Origin: Carcharhinus longimanus
Taxonomy: Eukaryota
Reading direction: 5' to 3'
DNA length: 64,000 bases
NCBI GenBank assembly: GCA_030264375.1
Contig: JASCQW010000133.1
Location: forward strand, 14,546,844 to 14,610,843
The notes below the pieces were generated by a model. That model made no database searches, had not been told where the DNA came from, and saw only the letters and a program-made list of their open reading frames with translations. Within the stretch, counting starts at the first letter, position 1. Each line of letters opens with the position of its first letter. Below are positions 48,001-62,157 of this stretch, piece after piece. The translations under genes and the position numbers were made by a program.

Positions 48001-48384
48001 GTAAGAGGGAGTTTAATGGAAAGGCGCAAATTGTCTTTTTCTCAGCTTCCAGGCAAAACAACACTTGAGTAAACCGGAGTAAGGAATATCCAGGAGAGCA
48101 GGGACTGCAGCTGACACACTAATTAATAATTTTGATGAGCTGGGAGCCTCAGGCCCAGAACATCTTGACTTGCTGAGGTCATGTGAATCTTAAGCTAGCT
48201 TTCTAGTCACCCACATGCCTGACAATTCCCTAAACTGAGCATTATTTGGCAAAATGTAGAAATGTTTGAGGGATAAGCATTTAAATGAAGGAACAGTATA
48301 ATTGAATTCAATTTTTTTTAAGAGAGGATTGAGTTTTCTTTTAGTGGTTAACGTATTAGCCGATGTTGTTAGTGCTTCCTCTTA

Positions 48385-48693
48385 TAGAATCTCTACAATG
48401 CAGAAGAGACCATTCGGCCCATTGAGCCTGCACCGACCATAATCCCACCCAGGCTCTATCCTCATTACCCTATTTACCCTACCAGTCCCCCGACACTAAT
48501 GGGCAACTAGCATGGCCAACCAACAAAACCGGCACATCTTTGTACTGTGGGAGGAAACCAGAGCACTCGGAAGAAACTCACGCAGAAATGAGGAGAACGT
48601 ATACTCTCTGCACAGACAGTGATCCGAGGCCAGAATCGAACCTGGGTCTTTGGCGCTGTAAGGTAGCAGTGCTAACCAATGTGCCATCATGCT
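48385..48693 (-). mobile_element. HE1-type SINE
   Basis: Reverse-complement head, core and tail. Other partial copies lie at 1-20, 9085-9174, 32930-33053, 49340-49400 and 53487-53680. Confidence 0.85.
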
Positions 48694-50944
48694 GCCCTCT
48701 CCTCAGGCACTCAATGCCCCCACCCCTTCAAATTTGCTCTTATCATCCCCTCCTCCTTACCTCTACAAACTATCACACCATTTCTAAACTCCCAAAGTCC
48801 TTCAACATGTCGTCACTTCCCAAATCTTTCCTAAAATTCCATGTTTGAACCCCTCCAAATCAGGTTAGTGCTCTGGCCACGGTACTGAAATAGCCCTTGT
48901 TAAAGTTACAAATTGCATTCTTTGTGAGGGTGTCTGTTACTTCCCTCTGGGATCCCATCCTCCCTGACCTGGATATGATTTTATGGTAGGATGGACATGG
49001 CCTCAGATGGGAAGCCTGGGCCACTTGATGGCCTTTTCCCACCCAGCCTCAATTTTTAGTCTGGTGGCCATCTGATGGCTGAGGGAGAAAAAAAGAAAAA
49101 GGTTCTCACCCTTGATCTCAGGTGGGAAGGGGAGGTGGGGGAGGGGGTTTGTAGCCTCAATTGGATCTCTGGTCATCCCTCTCCCGTAAATTCCCCTCCC
49201 CTCCTGCAGCCTACTCTCCTACCACCTCTTCCAATCCTCCCAGAGCATCCCCTATCCTTCGCTGCCCGAGACCTCTGGTATTTAAGACCACTGTGGTTCT
49301 CAGGACTTAGCCTCAGGCATGGCGCTATAATACGCCAATGGGCGGCATGGTGGCATGGTGGTTAGCACTGCTGCCTCACAATGCCAGGTATCTGGGTTCN
49401 NNNNNNNNNNNNNNNNNNNNNNNNNNNNNNNNNNNNNNNNNNNNNNNNNNNNNNNNNNNNNNNNNNNNNNNNNNNNNNNNNNNNNNNNNNNNNNNNNNNG
49501 AGGGAGAACAGAACATGAAGATTGAGTGTAATGAAGTAGGATGACGGGAAGCTGGTCGCTGGACTGGTTGGGTTGATTGTTCTGTTTCTGTGCTGCAGTT
49601 TGGTCACCATCTCATGAGCTGGCGACTCTCACGTCCGAAGTTGAGATTACTGACCAATTTGTGAAGATAAACTTTCCATTGTGCAGCTAACCCAGGTCAG
49701 TAAGGGTGTGTGGGTACAGTTGTCAACAAGTTACTGGCTGGCTAATCCAGGAAAGGTGACTTTAAATCCATTGTGGCAGCTGGCAAATTTTAATTTAGTC
49801 AGAGAAAAGTTTGGAAATTAATTAAAAGCTGTAACAGTGATCAATGGTGATGTCAGATTGTCATAAAATCCTCTCTGATTTACCAACATTCTTTTGGGAA
49901 GGACATCCGCTGTCTTTATTTAGTCTGTCCTACATGTGACTCCAGATCCATCCCAGCGTTGTGAACTTTTAACTTACTGCCCAAATAGCCGAGCAAAACT
50001 CTCAGTTGAGGGAAGGACAGTACATGCCAGTCTTTGCCAGTGATGCCCACAATCTGTGAATAAATTACAGAAAGGATATGACCCCACAGGGGAATGAGGT
50101 TTAATATTTTATGAGGAGAAGATTTAATAATTAATGAGTTGGTTGTCACTCTGAATAAATGGAGGGGAAATCTCTTGACAGTTCTCAGAGTGCTGCTGGT
50201 TTAGATGCAGCAGAGTGTGTTCAAACAGACTGACTGATGAGGAGTTCCTTGTGGTAAGGAGAACACTGTGAAACCCACTGACTGACATGTAAAGAAATGA
50301 GCAGGCAAGCCCTGTATAAAGTGATTCCTGGAAGTCAGTTTTTGCCAAGAATGTGCAGCACAGGAAGAGGCCAGGCAGCCTGTCTGGACAGTATTGGTGT
50401 TTATGATCTGCACAAGTCTCATCCCACCCTCCATCATCTACCCCTTCAACATATTCTTGTGTATCTTTCTTCCTGATGTACATATTTAACTTCCTCTTCA
50501 ATGTATCTATTATATTGACCTCAACTACACTGCTGTGGACCAGAATCTGCGCTCATCACAAACTGTTCCAGAACTAGGTCCCACTGAGGCGTGTGTTCTG
50601 GCTAGTTACAATCATTAGTGATTTATTGCATAATGACTGACATTACAAAACATTCACAATTTTGTTGAATAAGCAATTAACTGGTGATGGGTCCTCATTG
50701 GCCTGGGGGGATGCCAGTCTCACTCTCGCCGCAGGCAAAGTCCCAGTCCTCACCCGTCAGCTCTGCTGCAAGCTCTTCAAAACTGAGCGAGGGGCTTGAA
50801 CTCAGGCAGCCCCCCGTTCCCCATCTGATCTGGATTGCTCCCTTTCATTGTGGGCAAGCTTCTCCTGCATAAAGACAAAGAGATAGACTGAGCAAATGGA
50901 GCAGACTGTCTGGTGTGAAAACCCAGCCAGAGGTAAATATTCCT

Positions 50945-51815
50945 GCCCACCACTCCTCCACGATCATCCTCAACACCGGTGCCCCACAGGGCTGTGTTTC
51001 CAGCCCTTTACTATGCTCCTTATAAACCTTTGACTGAGAGGCCAAATTCCCTTCCAACTCAATTTTCAAGTTTGCTGACAACATCATCATAATAGGATCT
51101 CAAACAGAGTACAGGAATGAGATAGAGGATCTGGTGACAATACCAGATTGACGACAATGATCTCTTCCTCAATGTCAACAAAATGAAGGAGATTGTCATC
51201 AACTTCAGGAAGTGTAGAGGAGAACACGCCCCTGTCTACATCAATGGGGACAAAGTAGAAAGGGTCAAGACCTTCAAGTTTTTAGGCCTCCAGATCACCG
51301 ACAACCTGTCTTGGTCCCCCCATGCTGACACTATAGTTTAAAAAGCCCACCAAAGCCTCTACTTTCTTAGGAGACAAGGAAATTTGGCATGTCAGCTATG
51401 ACTCTCACCAGCTTTTACAGATGTACCATAGAAAGCATTCTTTCTAGTTGTATCACAGCTTTTAGTATGGCTCCTTTTCAAGAAACTGCAAAATGTCGTG
51501 AATGTAGCCCGATCCATCACGCAAACCAGCCTCCCATCCATCGACTCTGTCTACACTTCCTGCTACCTTGGCAAAGCAGCCAGCATAATGAAGGACCCCA
51601 TGCACCCCAGACATTCTCTCTTCCACCTTCTTCCGTCAGGGAAAAGATACAAAAGTTTGAGGTCATGTATCAACCGACTCAAGAACAGCTTCTTCCCTGC
51701 TGCCATCAGACTTTTGAATGGACTTACTTGCATTAAGGTGATCTTTCTCTACACCCTAGCTATGACTGTAACACTACATTCTGCAGAGACAATAATAAAT
51801 CAAATCAAATCAAAA
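50945..51815 (+). mobile_element. Rex1/Babar-like LINE, 5'-truncated RT and 3' UTR
   Basis: NTGAPQGCVSSPLLCSL, FKFADNIII, LNVNKMKEIVINFRK, KKAHQSLYFL and RLKNSFFPAAIRLLN, with a tail of AATAATAAATCAAATCAAATCAAA. Confidence 0.88.
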
Positions 51816-51859
51816 AGGTGTTAACTGTAGGCTTCAGAATGTTTTGGTAGGATGTGCTG

Positions 51860-53390
51860 CCAAACTGGGTCCATCTTTACTCGAACTCTTAAGTTTGGAC
51901 TCCTGCAATCAGATTCTACTCATGCCACGTTACTGAAACCGCTCTTTTCAGTCACAAATGACATTCTACGTGACTGTGAACAGGGTAAGCTTTCCTTCTT
52001 CATCCTTCTCCACCTGTCTACATCCTTTAACCACACCGTCCCCCTCCAATACAGGGGCATAACCAGACTGTGACAGTGAATCATTTAAGAAGATGTTAAG
52101 ACAGAAGACCGAAAGCATGGTCAAAGAGGTAGTATAAGAAATGTCTTAAAGAATGGAAAACAAGAAAAATTGAGATGTTTAGGGAGAGAATTTCGGAGTT
52201 TAGGGCCTATGCATCTAGAAATGTGGCCACTAATAATGGAATAAATAAATTGGATGCTCAAGAGGCCAAATTTAGAGGAATGCAGATATCTCAGAGTGTT
52301 GTGGGATTGGCGAAGATTATAGAGATATAGGGGGATGCAGTCATGGAAGTATTTCATAACTAGGGCAAGAATTTTATAATCACTCGCCAAGTTCCATTCT
52401 TACTCATTCATTTGTAGCCAAAAAATCACCTGCAGTGGATTCTCATCCTACTCTATTACCTTTGTTCTCAAAGAATCTGTCCTTGGTCAACTCCTATTTC
52501 TCTTTATGTGTTTTCCATAAACGCAACAATTTCCAAAAGTTTGCTGCTGACATCCAGTTCTACCTCACTGCCCACCTCTCTCAACTCCCCCCAGTTCCTA
52601 AGTTATCAGACTGCTTACCTGACCTTGAGTAATGGATGAGCAGAAATTTCTTACCATTAAAGAGTGGGAAGACCGAATCCATTGACTTTGGTTCTCGCCA
52701 CAAATTCTGTCCCCAAACACTGACACCATCTCCCTCCTTGGCAAATGTCTTGAAGCTATACCAGACTGTTTGCATTCTTGTCCCAGGATGAACTTATGAT
52801 CACATACCTGCGCTATCACTAGCCTACTCCCACCTCTCCCATCCCACCCGACCCTACCCCTGCCTCAGCTCGTCTGCGGCTTGTATTACTTCTTGACAAC
52901 TGTAATTCTGGATGACCTCCCAGGTTCTACCCCTCATAAATTTGAGGTGATCCAAAACTCTTTCCTGTGTATTAACTCACACCATATCATCAATGCTGTG
53001 CCTGCTGTCTTATATTAACTCAAGGTTAATTAATGCCTTGATTATAAAGTTCTTGCTCAACAACCTTCACCAATCCCACAACTCTGAGATAGCTGTGTTC
53101 CTCTAAATTTAGCCTCTTGAGCATCCAGTTTTATTCACTCCATTATTACTGGCCATATTTCTAGATGCCTCGGCCCCAACCTCTGAAATTCTCTCCTAAA
53201 CCTCTCAATCTTTTTATCTTTCTGTCTTCTTTAAGACACTCCTTATAACTTACCGTGCTTTTGACCATGCTTTTGGTCCCTGCCTTAATATCTTCGTAAA
53301 CGGCTCGCTGCCACAGTTTGTCTGGTTAAGCCTCCTGGGATGTTTCACTACATTAAATACTCTATAAAAATACAAGTTTTAACCAATGTC
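51860..53390 (+). mobile_element. Degraded L2 LINE with an internal inverted copy of its own 3' region
   Basis: TLLKPLFSVTNDILRDCEQGKLSFFILLHLSTSF, KFAADIQFYL and LPLKSGKTESIDFG. The 3' end reads CACTACATTAAATACTCTATAAAAATACAAGT. Confidence 0.75.
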
Positions 53391-56389
53391 AGCTTCAAAT
53401 ATGACAAACGGATACAGCAGGGCCAAAATAAAGAATCTTGGAAGAGAACACTCCATTGCAGCATTGTTATGTTCCCATTTTCCACAGAACCATGGAAACC
53501 CCACAGTGCAGAAGGAGGCCACTCAGCCCATTGAGTCTGCACTGACTCTCCAAAAGAGAATCATACCCAGGCCCACCCTTCCACCCGACACCCGTAATTT
53601 ACCATGGCTAATCCACCTAACCAACATAATTTTGGACACTAACGGGCAATTTAGCATTGCCAATCCACCTAAACTCACACCATATTTACCGTCTTTCTAA
53701 TTAAGCCTGGACAATTTTGTTTTGTTGGGACAGGCCAGCAGGTACCAAGGCTAAAACTTCCACAGTCAAATTTACCATTGGATCATTCCCCATTGGATTA
53801 CAACTACAATAATTCCATACTTTTAATATGCAAAGCATGTCGAAGTAAAGCAAGAACATTCATCCATATAGCAACTTTCTGATGTCCAACAATATTTTAC
53901 ACCTGTTACAAGCACTGTTGTAAGTCCTTGTGCATGAGTCGCAAAAACCCAGCTTGCAGGTGCAGCAGGTGATCAGGAAGGCGAATGGGATGCTGGCCTT
54001 NNNNNNNNNNNNNNNNNNNNNNNNNNNNNNNNNNNNNNNNNNNNNNNNNNNNNNNNNNNNNNNNNNNNNNNNNNNNNNNNNNNNNNNNNNNNNNNNNNNN
54101 GGGGCAGGCTCGAAGGGCCAGATGGCCTACTCCTGCTCCTATTTCTTATGTTCTTATGTTCTTATGTTCTTATATGAAACGTGGCAGTCAGTTTGTGCAC
54201 AGCAAGATTCCACAACAGCAAAGCGATCAAGTCCAGTTAATTTATTTTACTGTGGTCACCTGAGGGGTAAATTTTAACCAGCACACTGGAATGAACTCCC
54301 TTGCTTTTCTTTGAATGGTGCCATGGGATATTTTACCTTCATGCGGGAGGATGGATGAGGTTTCAAGTTAACATCTTATCTGAGAGATGACACCATCATC
54401 AGCGCAGCATTTATTCTGTGTTGCATTGCTGTGTCAGCCTGAATTCTCAAGTTTCTAGAGTAGGAGATAAGGCCACAATCTTTTACCTCAGTTAAGCTTG
54501 TTACTTAACTGAGCCATTGACTGACACCAATGCGAATAGAATGTAACATACTAAATGCAGAGTAGAATACCAACTGCAACAACATTGTTTTAAAATATAT
54601 GTTGCAATAAGTCATCTTAAAATGAAAATTGTTTAAAGCTGATGGAAAATCTAAAGAAAGGTAAAAGGTAACAAAAGTATTCAGTAACGCCAAAGCAAAA
54701 AGCCAAGATTAAATGGAAATGTTTAGGGATATGGAGATAAGTCTTCTACTGTGATAAGCCCTCCTTCATAACACTAATGCAAATACTGTTCCATGCTAAA
54801 AATATAGTTCTTGATAAATGTATTATTATTCTAACTTCACACTGAAAGTAGGTTTCAAGTCATTAAACCAATATATTAATCTGTAGATGTTATAGAAAGC
54901 TTTATCTAAAATGTTTTTGCCCTGTTTTATGTCCAATGTTAAAATAAATGTGAAAAACTATATGGAATCATTTTAATAATGTATTATATTTCACAGATTT
55001 CCTCCCCATATGCCTTGTATTAAATAGAATATTCTGCACTCAGATAACATTTTAAAACATTTATTCGCTGAATCCTTAATGGCTTTTGTACCGAAATCAT
55101 GATCCGATGATGGATCTAATTAAATTTACTGTTTCTTAAAGTGGTAAGGACTGGTGCCACTCAGAAAGCTGACTTGTTCCTCTCTCAGTTTGAGTATTTA
55201 TTTATTTTGCAAATTCCCCAAAGCCAAACAATAGCCTCCAGTTACTGAGTTTAAATAAGGGACACTTCTTGATAATGTAGAGCACTGTTTTGGTGGCATT
55301 CTCTGGCTGCGCTCGTCTCAGAACCAGGGAATTCCGCCCCAGGTCAATGGACCTTTGAATTGTCCGCCCCGCTGCCTGCTACAGTTCCCGTGGCAGAGAT
55401 GGCAGAATTCCAGCCTTTATGTTTCTCCAGAAGTTCATAAGGCATCGGCACTGAGCCCCTTGACATTGGCCTGTCCTGAGCCTGTCTGGCAAGGATCATT
55501 CTCAATGTGGTAGCTCAAAGCCTGTCATTTGACATGAGGGACTTTTTACATGGAATTTGTCAGTCATTTCTGTTTTCATACTCCTGGATTCAAAGCATAT
55601 CTTCTGGTAGATCTTGCTCAGGAAGATTGCTCCAAGGGGGGCACTGAGATGAGAAGTGGACAGTAGGAAGTAAGTCATCATGGAGTAGAAAGCAAGGGGC
55701 AGCATGTTTGGCTTCAACCAGCTTGTGCATTTTTGTCAATTGGCAGATTTATGGGGGAACGATGTTTATGAGGACAGTAAGACCAGGAGAGGTGTTGAGC
55801 TGAGGGTGCCAGTTATGTGTACATTGTTGTGTTCACAAGAAATGTGTGTGATGACCTTTGCCAGATAAGTGCTTTTTACGGCTCTGCCCTGAAGCATGAT
55901 AAGGAAAGTGCTGAGGTCTGGAGTGCCTCACAAAGATCCAGCAAGTTTGGTTATTGACTTCTTTGTGGTTTTGATCTTTGCTACGTTTACTCTAGGATGT
56001 TCCCGGAAGGACAGGGTCAAATCTTGACTCCCAAGCTCATTGGGTTGGGATCACGCTTTAGTCTCTGGCCATCTATGTGCACTGGGAAAATTGGTTACAA
56101 GGTAACCAAAACAAGATAAGCAGTGATAGACATTTCAGTAGATATTTCATAACTCTCAACAAAGATATATTCCATTGAGAAAGAAAGACTCTACGAGGCG
56201 GATGTGCCATCTGTAGCTAAACAAGGAGGTTTGAAATGGTAACACATTGAAAATAAAGGCATCCAGTTGATGAGAAATCATGTTTGATAAATATATTAAT
56301 ATCCTTTGAGGATGTAATAAAGAGGATGGATACCAGTAGATATAGGGAACTAGTGGATATAGGGAACTAGTAAGTGGAACAAATGAGCT

Positions 56390-57320
56390 TGTTGCGCACG
56401 TGAAATTGAACGGTATGATGTTGTGGGCATCACAGGGACATGGCTGCAAGGGGATCAGGGTTGGGATTTAAATATCCAAGGATATGTGTCCTATCAGAAG
56501 GACAGGCAGATGGGCAAAGGGGGTAGGGTTGCATTGTTGGTAAGGAATGAAGTTAAATCGATAGCAAGAAGTGATATAGGATCAGAAGGCATAGAATCTC
56601 TGTGAATAGAGTTGAAGAATCGCAAAGATAAAAGACCCTGATGGGAGTTATGTACAGGCCACCTTGCAATAGTCAGGAGGGGGGCAGAAAATAAACCAGG
56701 AGATAGAAAAGGTATATAAAAAGGGCAATATTACAATATTCATGGTGCTCTTCAATATGCAGGCGGACTGGGAAAATCAGGTAGGAGTTGATTCCAAGAA
56801 AAGGAATCTGCGGAATGTCTAAGAGATGTTTTTTTGGAGCAGCTTGTTACAGAGCTGACTAGGGAACAGGCTATGCTGGATTTGGTGATGTGTAATGAGG
56901 CAGTCTTGATTAGGGAACTTAAGGTAAAGGAACCCTTAGGGACCAGTTGTCCACAATATGACAGAATTTACCCTGCAGTTTGAGAGGGAGAAGCTGGAAT
57001 CAGATGTAATGGTATTACAATTAAATAAAGGTAACTACAAAGACATGAGGGAGGAACTGGCCAAAGTTGATTGGAAAGGGAGCCTAGCAAGGAAAACGGT
57101 AGAACAGCAATGGCAAGAGTTTTTGAGAGTTATGTGGGAGCCACAACAGAATTTCATCCCAAGGAGGGGGAAACTTGCTAATGGGGAGGACAAGGCATCC
57201 ATGGCTGACGAGGGGGCGATGAAATATGAGTGTAAGCTAGCTAGCAACATAAGAGAGAGGCAAAAATAGCCATTGGACCACTGGAAAATGAGGCTGCAGA
57301 AGTAATAATTGGAAACAAAG
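56390..57320 (+). mobile_element. CR1 ORF2 AP-endonuclease fragment
   Basis: VGITGTWLQGDQGWDLNIQGYVSYQKDRQMGKGGRVALLV, TREQAMLDLVMCNE and NKGNYKDMREELAKVDW. Confidence 0.88.
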
Positions 57321-57324
57321 CAAT

Positions 57325-57490
57325 ATAAGTAGTCTCACAACACTGGATTAAATCCAACATGTTTATTTGGTAGCATGAGCTTTCAGAGTATTGCTTCTTC
57401 ATCAGGTGAGGGCCTGTTGAACTTTAACCTGGTGTTGTGAGACTATTTACTGTGCCTACCCCAGTCCAATGCTGGCAACTCCACATCATC
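57325..57490. mobile_element. Short Penelope-derived element with inverted ends and a hammerhead core (minus strand)
   Basis: Inverted repeat AGTCTCACAACAC...GTGTTGTGAGACT. Minus strand reads CTCACCTGATGA-N14-GAAAGCTC. Confidence 0.7.
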
Positions 57491-58584
57491 TCACCAGCAT
57501 GGCTGACATTGCTCTCTGAAATGGCTAAATTAGCCCCTGTGACATCTTTACATTCTGTTTAAACTGGAGTATTGTGTTGCTGAATCAGTTTGTAGAAATT
57601 AAGACTGGAAGGTTTTAATGCTTTCTTGTGAGATCTTGCTGTGCCCAGATCAGCTAACTCTGGGGCCTGGCATGTAGTAGGAGCTCACCATCAGTCAGCT
57701 CCTGCTGAGAAATCATAATGCCAAGATTATTTTAATCAGATTATGTTAATCTAAATCCTGTGAAACAGGATTTCAACAGGATACAGGAAGGGTCGGTTGT
57801 TTAAATTAGGCATGTTGCCTGCAGGGGTCTCTCTGAGCCCAGTATCTCCTCTGTCTCTTCCTGGTGTTGTGAAACGAACTCTGGGTTTTACGGTGAAGTT
57901 TATGGGTCAGACACAGGCAATTGGGATTGGCTGGGAGGGCACAATAGCCAGCATGGTCCAGTTGGGCCGAAGGGCCTGTTTCCATGCTGTATTGCTCTGT
58001 GATCCTATGAGTGTAAATTCCTATAACCTCAAAACCAGCCTCCAAATCCTCAAACGCTTTCAGATTCCTGTCTCTGAACCAGGGATGTGTGATCAGGCCA
58101 CACTCCTGTTGGCGTAATTATAATGGAAGTTTAATTCCAGTCCTGTTTCACCAGTCCCTGAGGGTTGGAGCTCATTCTGGATTCGCTGCTCTGATTAATC
58201 AGCTTCTCGGTGAAGGACAGAGTGAGATTCTGTCACAACCGCTATCCAATTTCATTGAACTCAAATGTGTTCGGAATGGGTTAACTGCAACCTTCCACTT
58301 TAGAAATCATTTGTACGTTAGTTGTTTAATAGTACTCAGCAGGGTATATAAAGGAGTTACCGGTGGCACTGGGTGTTGGGTGAGTCTATGTGGAGTTAGA
58401 AAGGAGAATAAAGTGAGTTTGCAAAGAAGCTGGATTGTATCATTTTTATTACTGGTCTGCAACTGAGAGGCTTAGCAAAATGTGTGTTGGGAATGTTGGA
58501 TCCATGTTAGGTCCACAGTCAGGATTTATCACATGATGATCCCTTTCCACCATGCAAAGAGTTGCTGTGGAACACACCCATTCA

Positions 58585-59150
58585 GACCATAGTACATAGG
58601 AGCTTACGTAGTTGATTCTATCCATCGATTCTGCTCTGCCATTCGACGAGATCAGACTGATTTGATGTGATAATCCTCAACTCTATTTTCCTGCCTTATC
58701 CCCATAACCCTTGATTTCTTTATTGGTTAAAAATCTGTCAAGCTCAACCTTGAACGTACTTATCGACCCAACCTCTACAACCCTTTGCAGTAAAGAGTTC
58801 CACAGGTTTACCACCCCCTGCCTCAGAACCACAGCCAGCATAATTAAGGACCCCACGCAGCCTGAACATTCTCTCTTCCACCTTCTTCCATCGGGAAAAA
58901 GATACAAAAGCCTAAGGTTACATACCAACTGACTCAAGAACAACTTCTTCCCTGCTGCCATCAGACTTTTGAATCACACTAAATTGATCTTTCTCTACAC
59001 CCTAGTTTTGACTGTAACACTACATTCTGCACTCTCTTGTTTCCTTCTCTTTGAAGGGTATGCTTTGTCTGTATGGCATGCAAGAAACAATACTTTTCAC
59101 TGTATGTTAATACTTGAGACAATAATAAATCAAATCAAATCAATCAAAGA
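58585..59150. mobile_element. CR1 tail (-, 58585-58810) fused to a Rex1/Babar 3' end (+, 58810-59150)
   Basis: VVNLWNSLLQRVVE..FKVELDRFL on the minus strand, and HSLFHLLPSGKRYKSL plus (TCAAA)n on the plus strand. Confidence 0.78.
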
Positions 59151-61995
59151 AGATTAAAGTCGTCCATGATTAAAATACTTCATTTTGTGTTGTGATGTGA
59201 CTTTTTAAAAAAATTGAGTTATATAATTGTTAGTATAGAACCATAGAAAATTACAGCTCAGAAACAGGCCTTTTGGCCCTTCGTGTCTGTGCCGAACCAT
59301 TTTTTGCCTAGTCCCACTGACCTGCACTTGGACCATATCCCTCCACACCTCTCTCATCCANNNNNNNNNNNNNNNNNNNNNNNNNNNNNNNNNNNNNNNN
59401 NNNNNNNNNNNNNNNNNNNNNNNNNNNNNNNNNNNNNNNNNNNNNNNNNNNNNNNNNNNNNNNNNNNNNNNNNNNNNNNNNNNNNNNNNNNNNNNNNNGA
59501 AGGCTGTGGAGGCCAGGTCATTGAGTGTCTTTAAGACAGAGATAGATAGGTTCCTGATTAATAAGGGGATCAGGGTTATGGGGAAAAGGCAGGAGAATGG
59601 GGATGAGAAAAATATCAGCTATGATTGAATGGCAGAGCAGATTTGATGGACCGAGTGGCCTAATTCTGCTCCTATGTCTTATGGTCTTATACAATGTATT
59701 TGGATTTCCAAAAGGCATTCATTAAAGGCGCCACATACAAGTTTATTGTTTAATTTCCCTTTCCACTGAAAGTCAATCAAAGTTAAAATTAGTCTGAATG
59801 TGCTTTGGAACTATTTGAAAGTTTAACTCATGGACTTCAAATGGCAGATGTTCTTTCAATAGTATAACTTTAGCTGATTTCTCAGTGCCTAGCATCTAGG
59901 CCTGCAGTTGGTGATTGTATTACATTGTAGACCAGTAACTTAGACAGTTAGTGCTGAACAGACTAACACATTAGGAAACCACTTACACACTAAATCCAAC
60001 AGTTCAACTGCAAAGGTTTAATATAAATGAAAAAAAAACTTTAGCTGCAATATTCTGAAATGTAAAATCTATGTGCTGTCCCATGTTGTCTTTATGAAAT
60101 TTCTGTCATGAGAGATTAAATGGTTGGTCAGCCTTGGTTAATTGAATCTTTCTTTGATACAGTTGATTAATCTGTTTAGCAGCATGTTTTTGTTTATCGT
60201 GTCTGGGTTTCTCAAAATGAAGCACATTATCATTTCAAATGTAATTTTCTCAGAGTTAACAGGCGATATTTAACTGAATTTTGAAATTCATAACGGTAAC
60301 TCCTTTAATTGGTAGGGGAAGATTAAGCTATTATTAGGGCTCAGGTTATGCGAAAATGGCACAGTAGAGAGATTGAATCAGCATATACGAACTAGGGCAT
60401 CCATCACTGTGACAGCGAAGGCATTGCATTAAAGAGAGCCCAAGTGACACTGCTGTCTGCTTGAGCCACAGTTATCTGGCATAATCACAGACACAAACAC
60501 ATTGATCAGACAAGCGTGCGCAGCTGAATTAACTCATTTTTGTTTTTACAAAATTAAGAATTATTTTATGCATTTTAGCACCTGCATTTATAAATTTGCT
60601 CTGAGATCCTTCTTTTGTTTTGATTTCTCAATACATAGGGGCCAGGCTGTTTGTATTATCTGCCTCAGGCATTTCATGATGTTCCTTGTGTTTGAAAGCA
60701 ATGGAATTTTCCAAATGATTCAGGAGAAACCCGAATTAACTAGAAAATAATAACACGTCCATTCTATTAACAATGCAATTGGTGCATGTTCTTTCCATTT
60801 TGGCACAATGTGGGGATAGTACCATGTTGGCACTGTGAATATGGCCAATATGGAGGTTAATAATAGCTTGTGTAAAGGCACACGCCACAACGTTAGACAT
60901 ATGAGGAATTGGAGAGTAAAACCTTTCAATAATATGTCTTCTGAATCAATACAATGGTTCACTTATCAATGAGAAACAGCTCTTTAAAATGTTCACAGTG
61001 CTTGCATCCAATTACTTGCAGACTTCAGTCAATGGGGTAGGTTTTGATTTTGTGCGATTATACGAGGATGGTGCCATCGAATCAACAGCTCGTTTACAAC
61101 TCTGCTGGTGTTTTTTCTTATCTCCATTGCAGTCAGTGAAAATAAAGATAGCAAGGGTTGTAAAATAGGCTGCTGATCTGCTAGCACTCATTTTACACAA
61201 TCACTCAAAGTCAAGATCTACCCCAAATATTTTAACTTACATTCTCATCATCTGTCAACTCCAATTCCGCGCCCTTATTATTGCAATGCTCTTGCGCATG
61301 AAATTCATTGTAAAATTTAATTTACTTCCAAATGCATTTTCAGATGATGGCAATCAATTTATAACTGCTACAATCCAATTAGCAGCTATCCTATGAAGCT
61401 GTGCAAGGGTCATGTCAACTGACATATGGTGCAGATTAAACCGAGTCACAATTTATGACAGAGGATTTCACTACACTTTGTACACACTGACTTAAAGTGC
61501 AATGGTCAAACACACTGTATGTCAAGGCACAATTACAGGCGGACATTAGGCAACCCATTCCCCCTGCAGAGGTTAGAACCCTAGCATCAGTTATGTACGT
61601 AATGGAGTATGAGTAACTCCTTACCTACACTGAGGTAGCAACGATGATGACTCTGGAATAATTCCCACAAGCCAATTCACGATATTAAAACGATAAACCA
61701 AATTAGCCAATTTGAAAAACATTTGAATTCATTGACAATTCTTGCAAATGTTTGAGTTTAAAAATTCCCAATTTTATGTTGAGGTGTTAATTAGAGAAAC
61801 ACTTCTAGTTGATGGCAGCTAGGTTAGTTGAAATGTGATACGAAACAATGGCACACAAATTCAGACAGGCACTGAGTTATATTAACTATATTCAACGTAT
61901 CAACAGTGGGTTGTGTTTCACAGAGCCATCCTAACATTTGTTCTATTCTGCATAATATATAACGGATATCCTTGACCCTCAATTTAAAACATTTC

Positions 61996-62097
61996 ATGAT
62001 GTGGAGACGCCACTCACCTGATGAACGAGTAACACTCTGTAAGTTTGTGATTCCAAATAAACCTGTTAGACTTTAACCTGGTGTGAGACTTCTTACC
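61996..62097 (+). mobile_element. Very short Penelope-derived element with a mutated hammerhead core
   Basis: ATGATGTGGAGACGCC joined to CACTCACCTGATGA...GTAAG...CCAAATAAACCTGTTAGACTTTAACCTGGTGTGAGACTTCTTAC. Confidence 0.65.
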
Positions 62098-62157
62098 AAA
62101 ACATTTCGGATTGCAAGGTAACTTTTCTTGACTGCCGAATTTGATTCAGACTCATAA

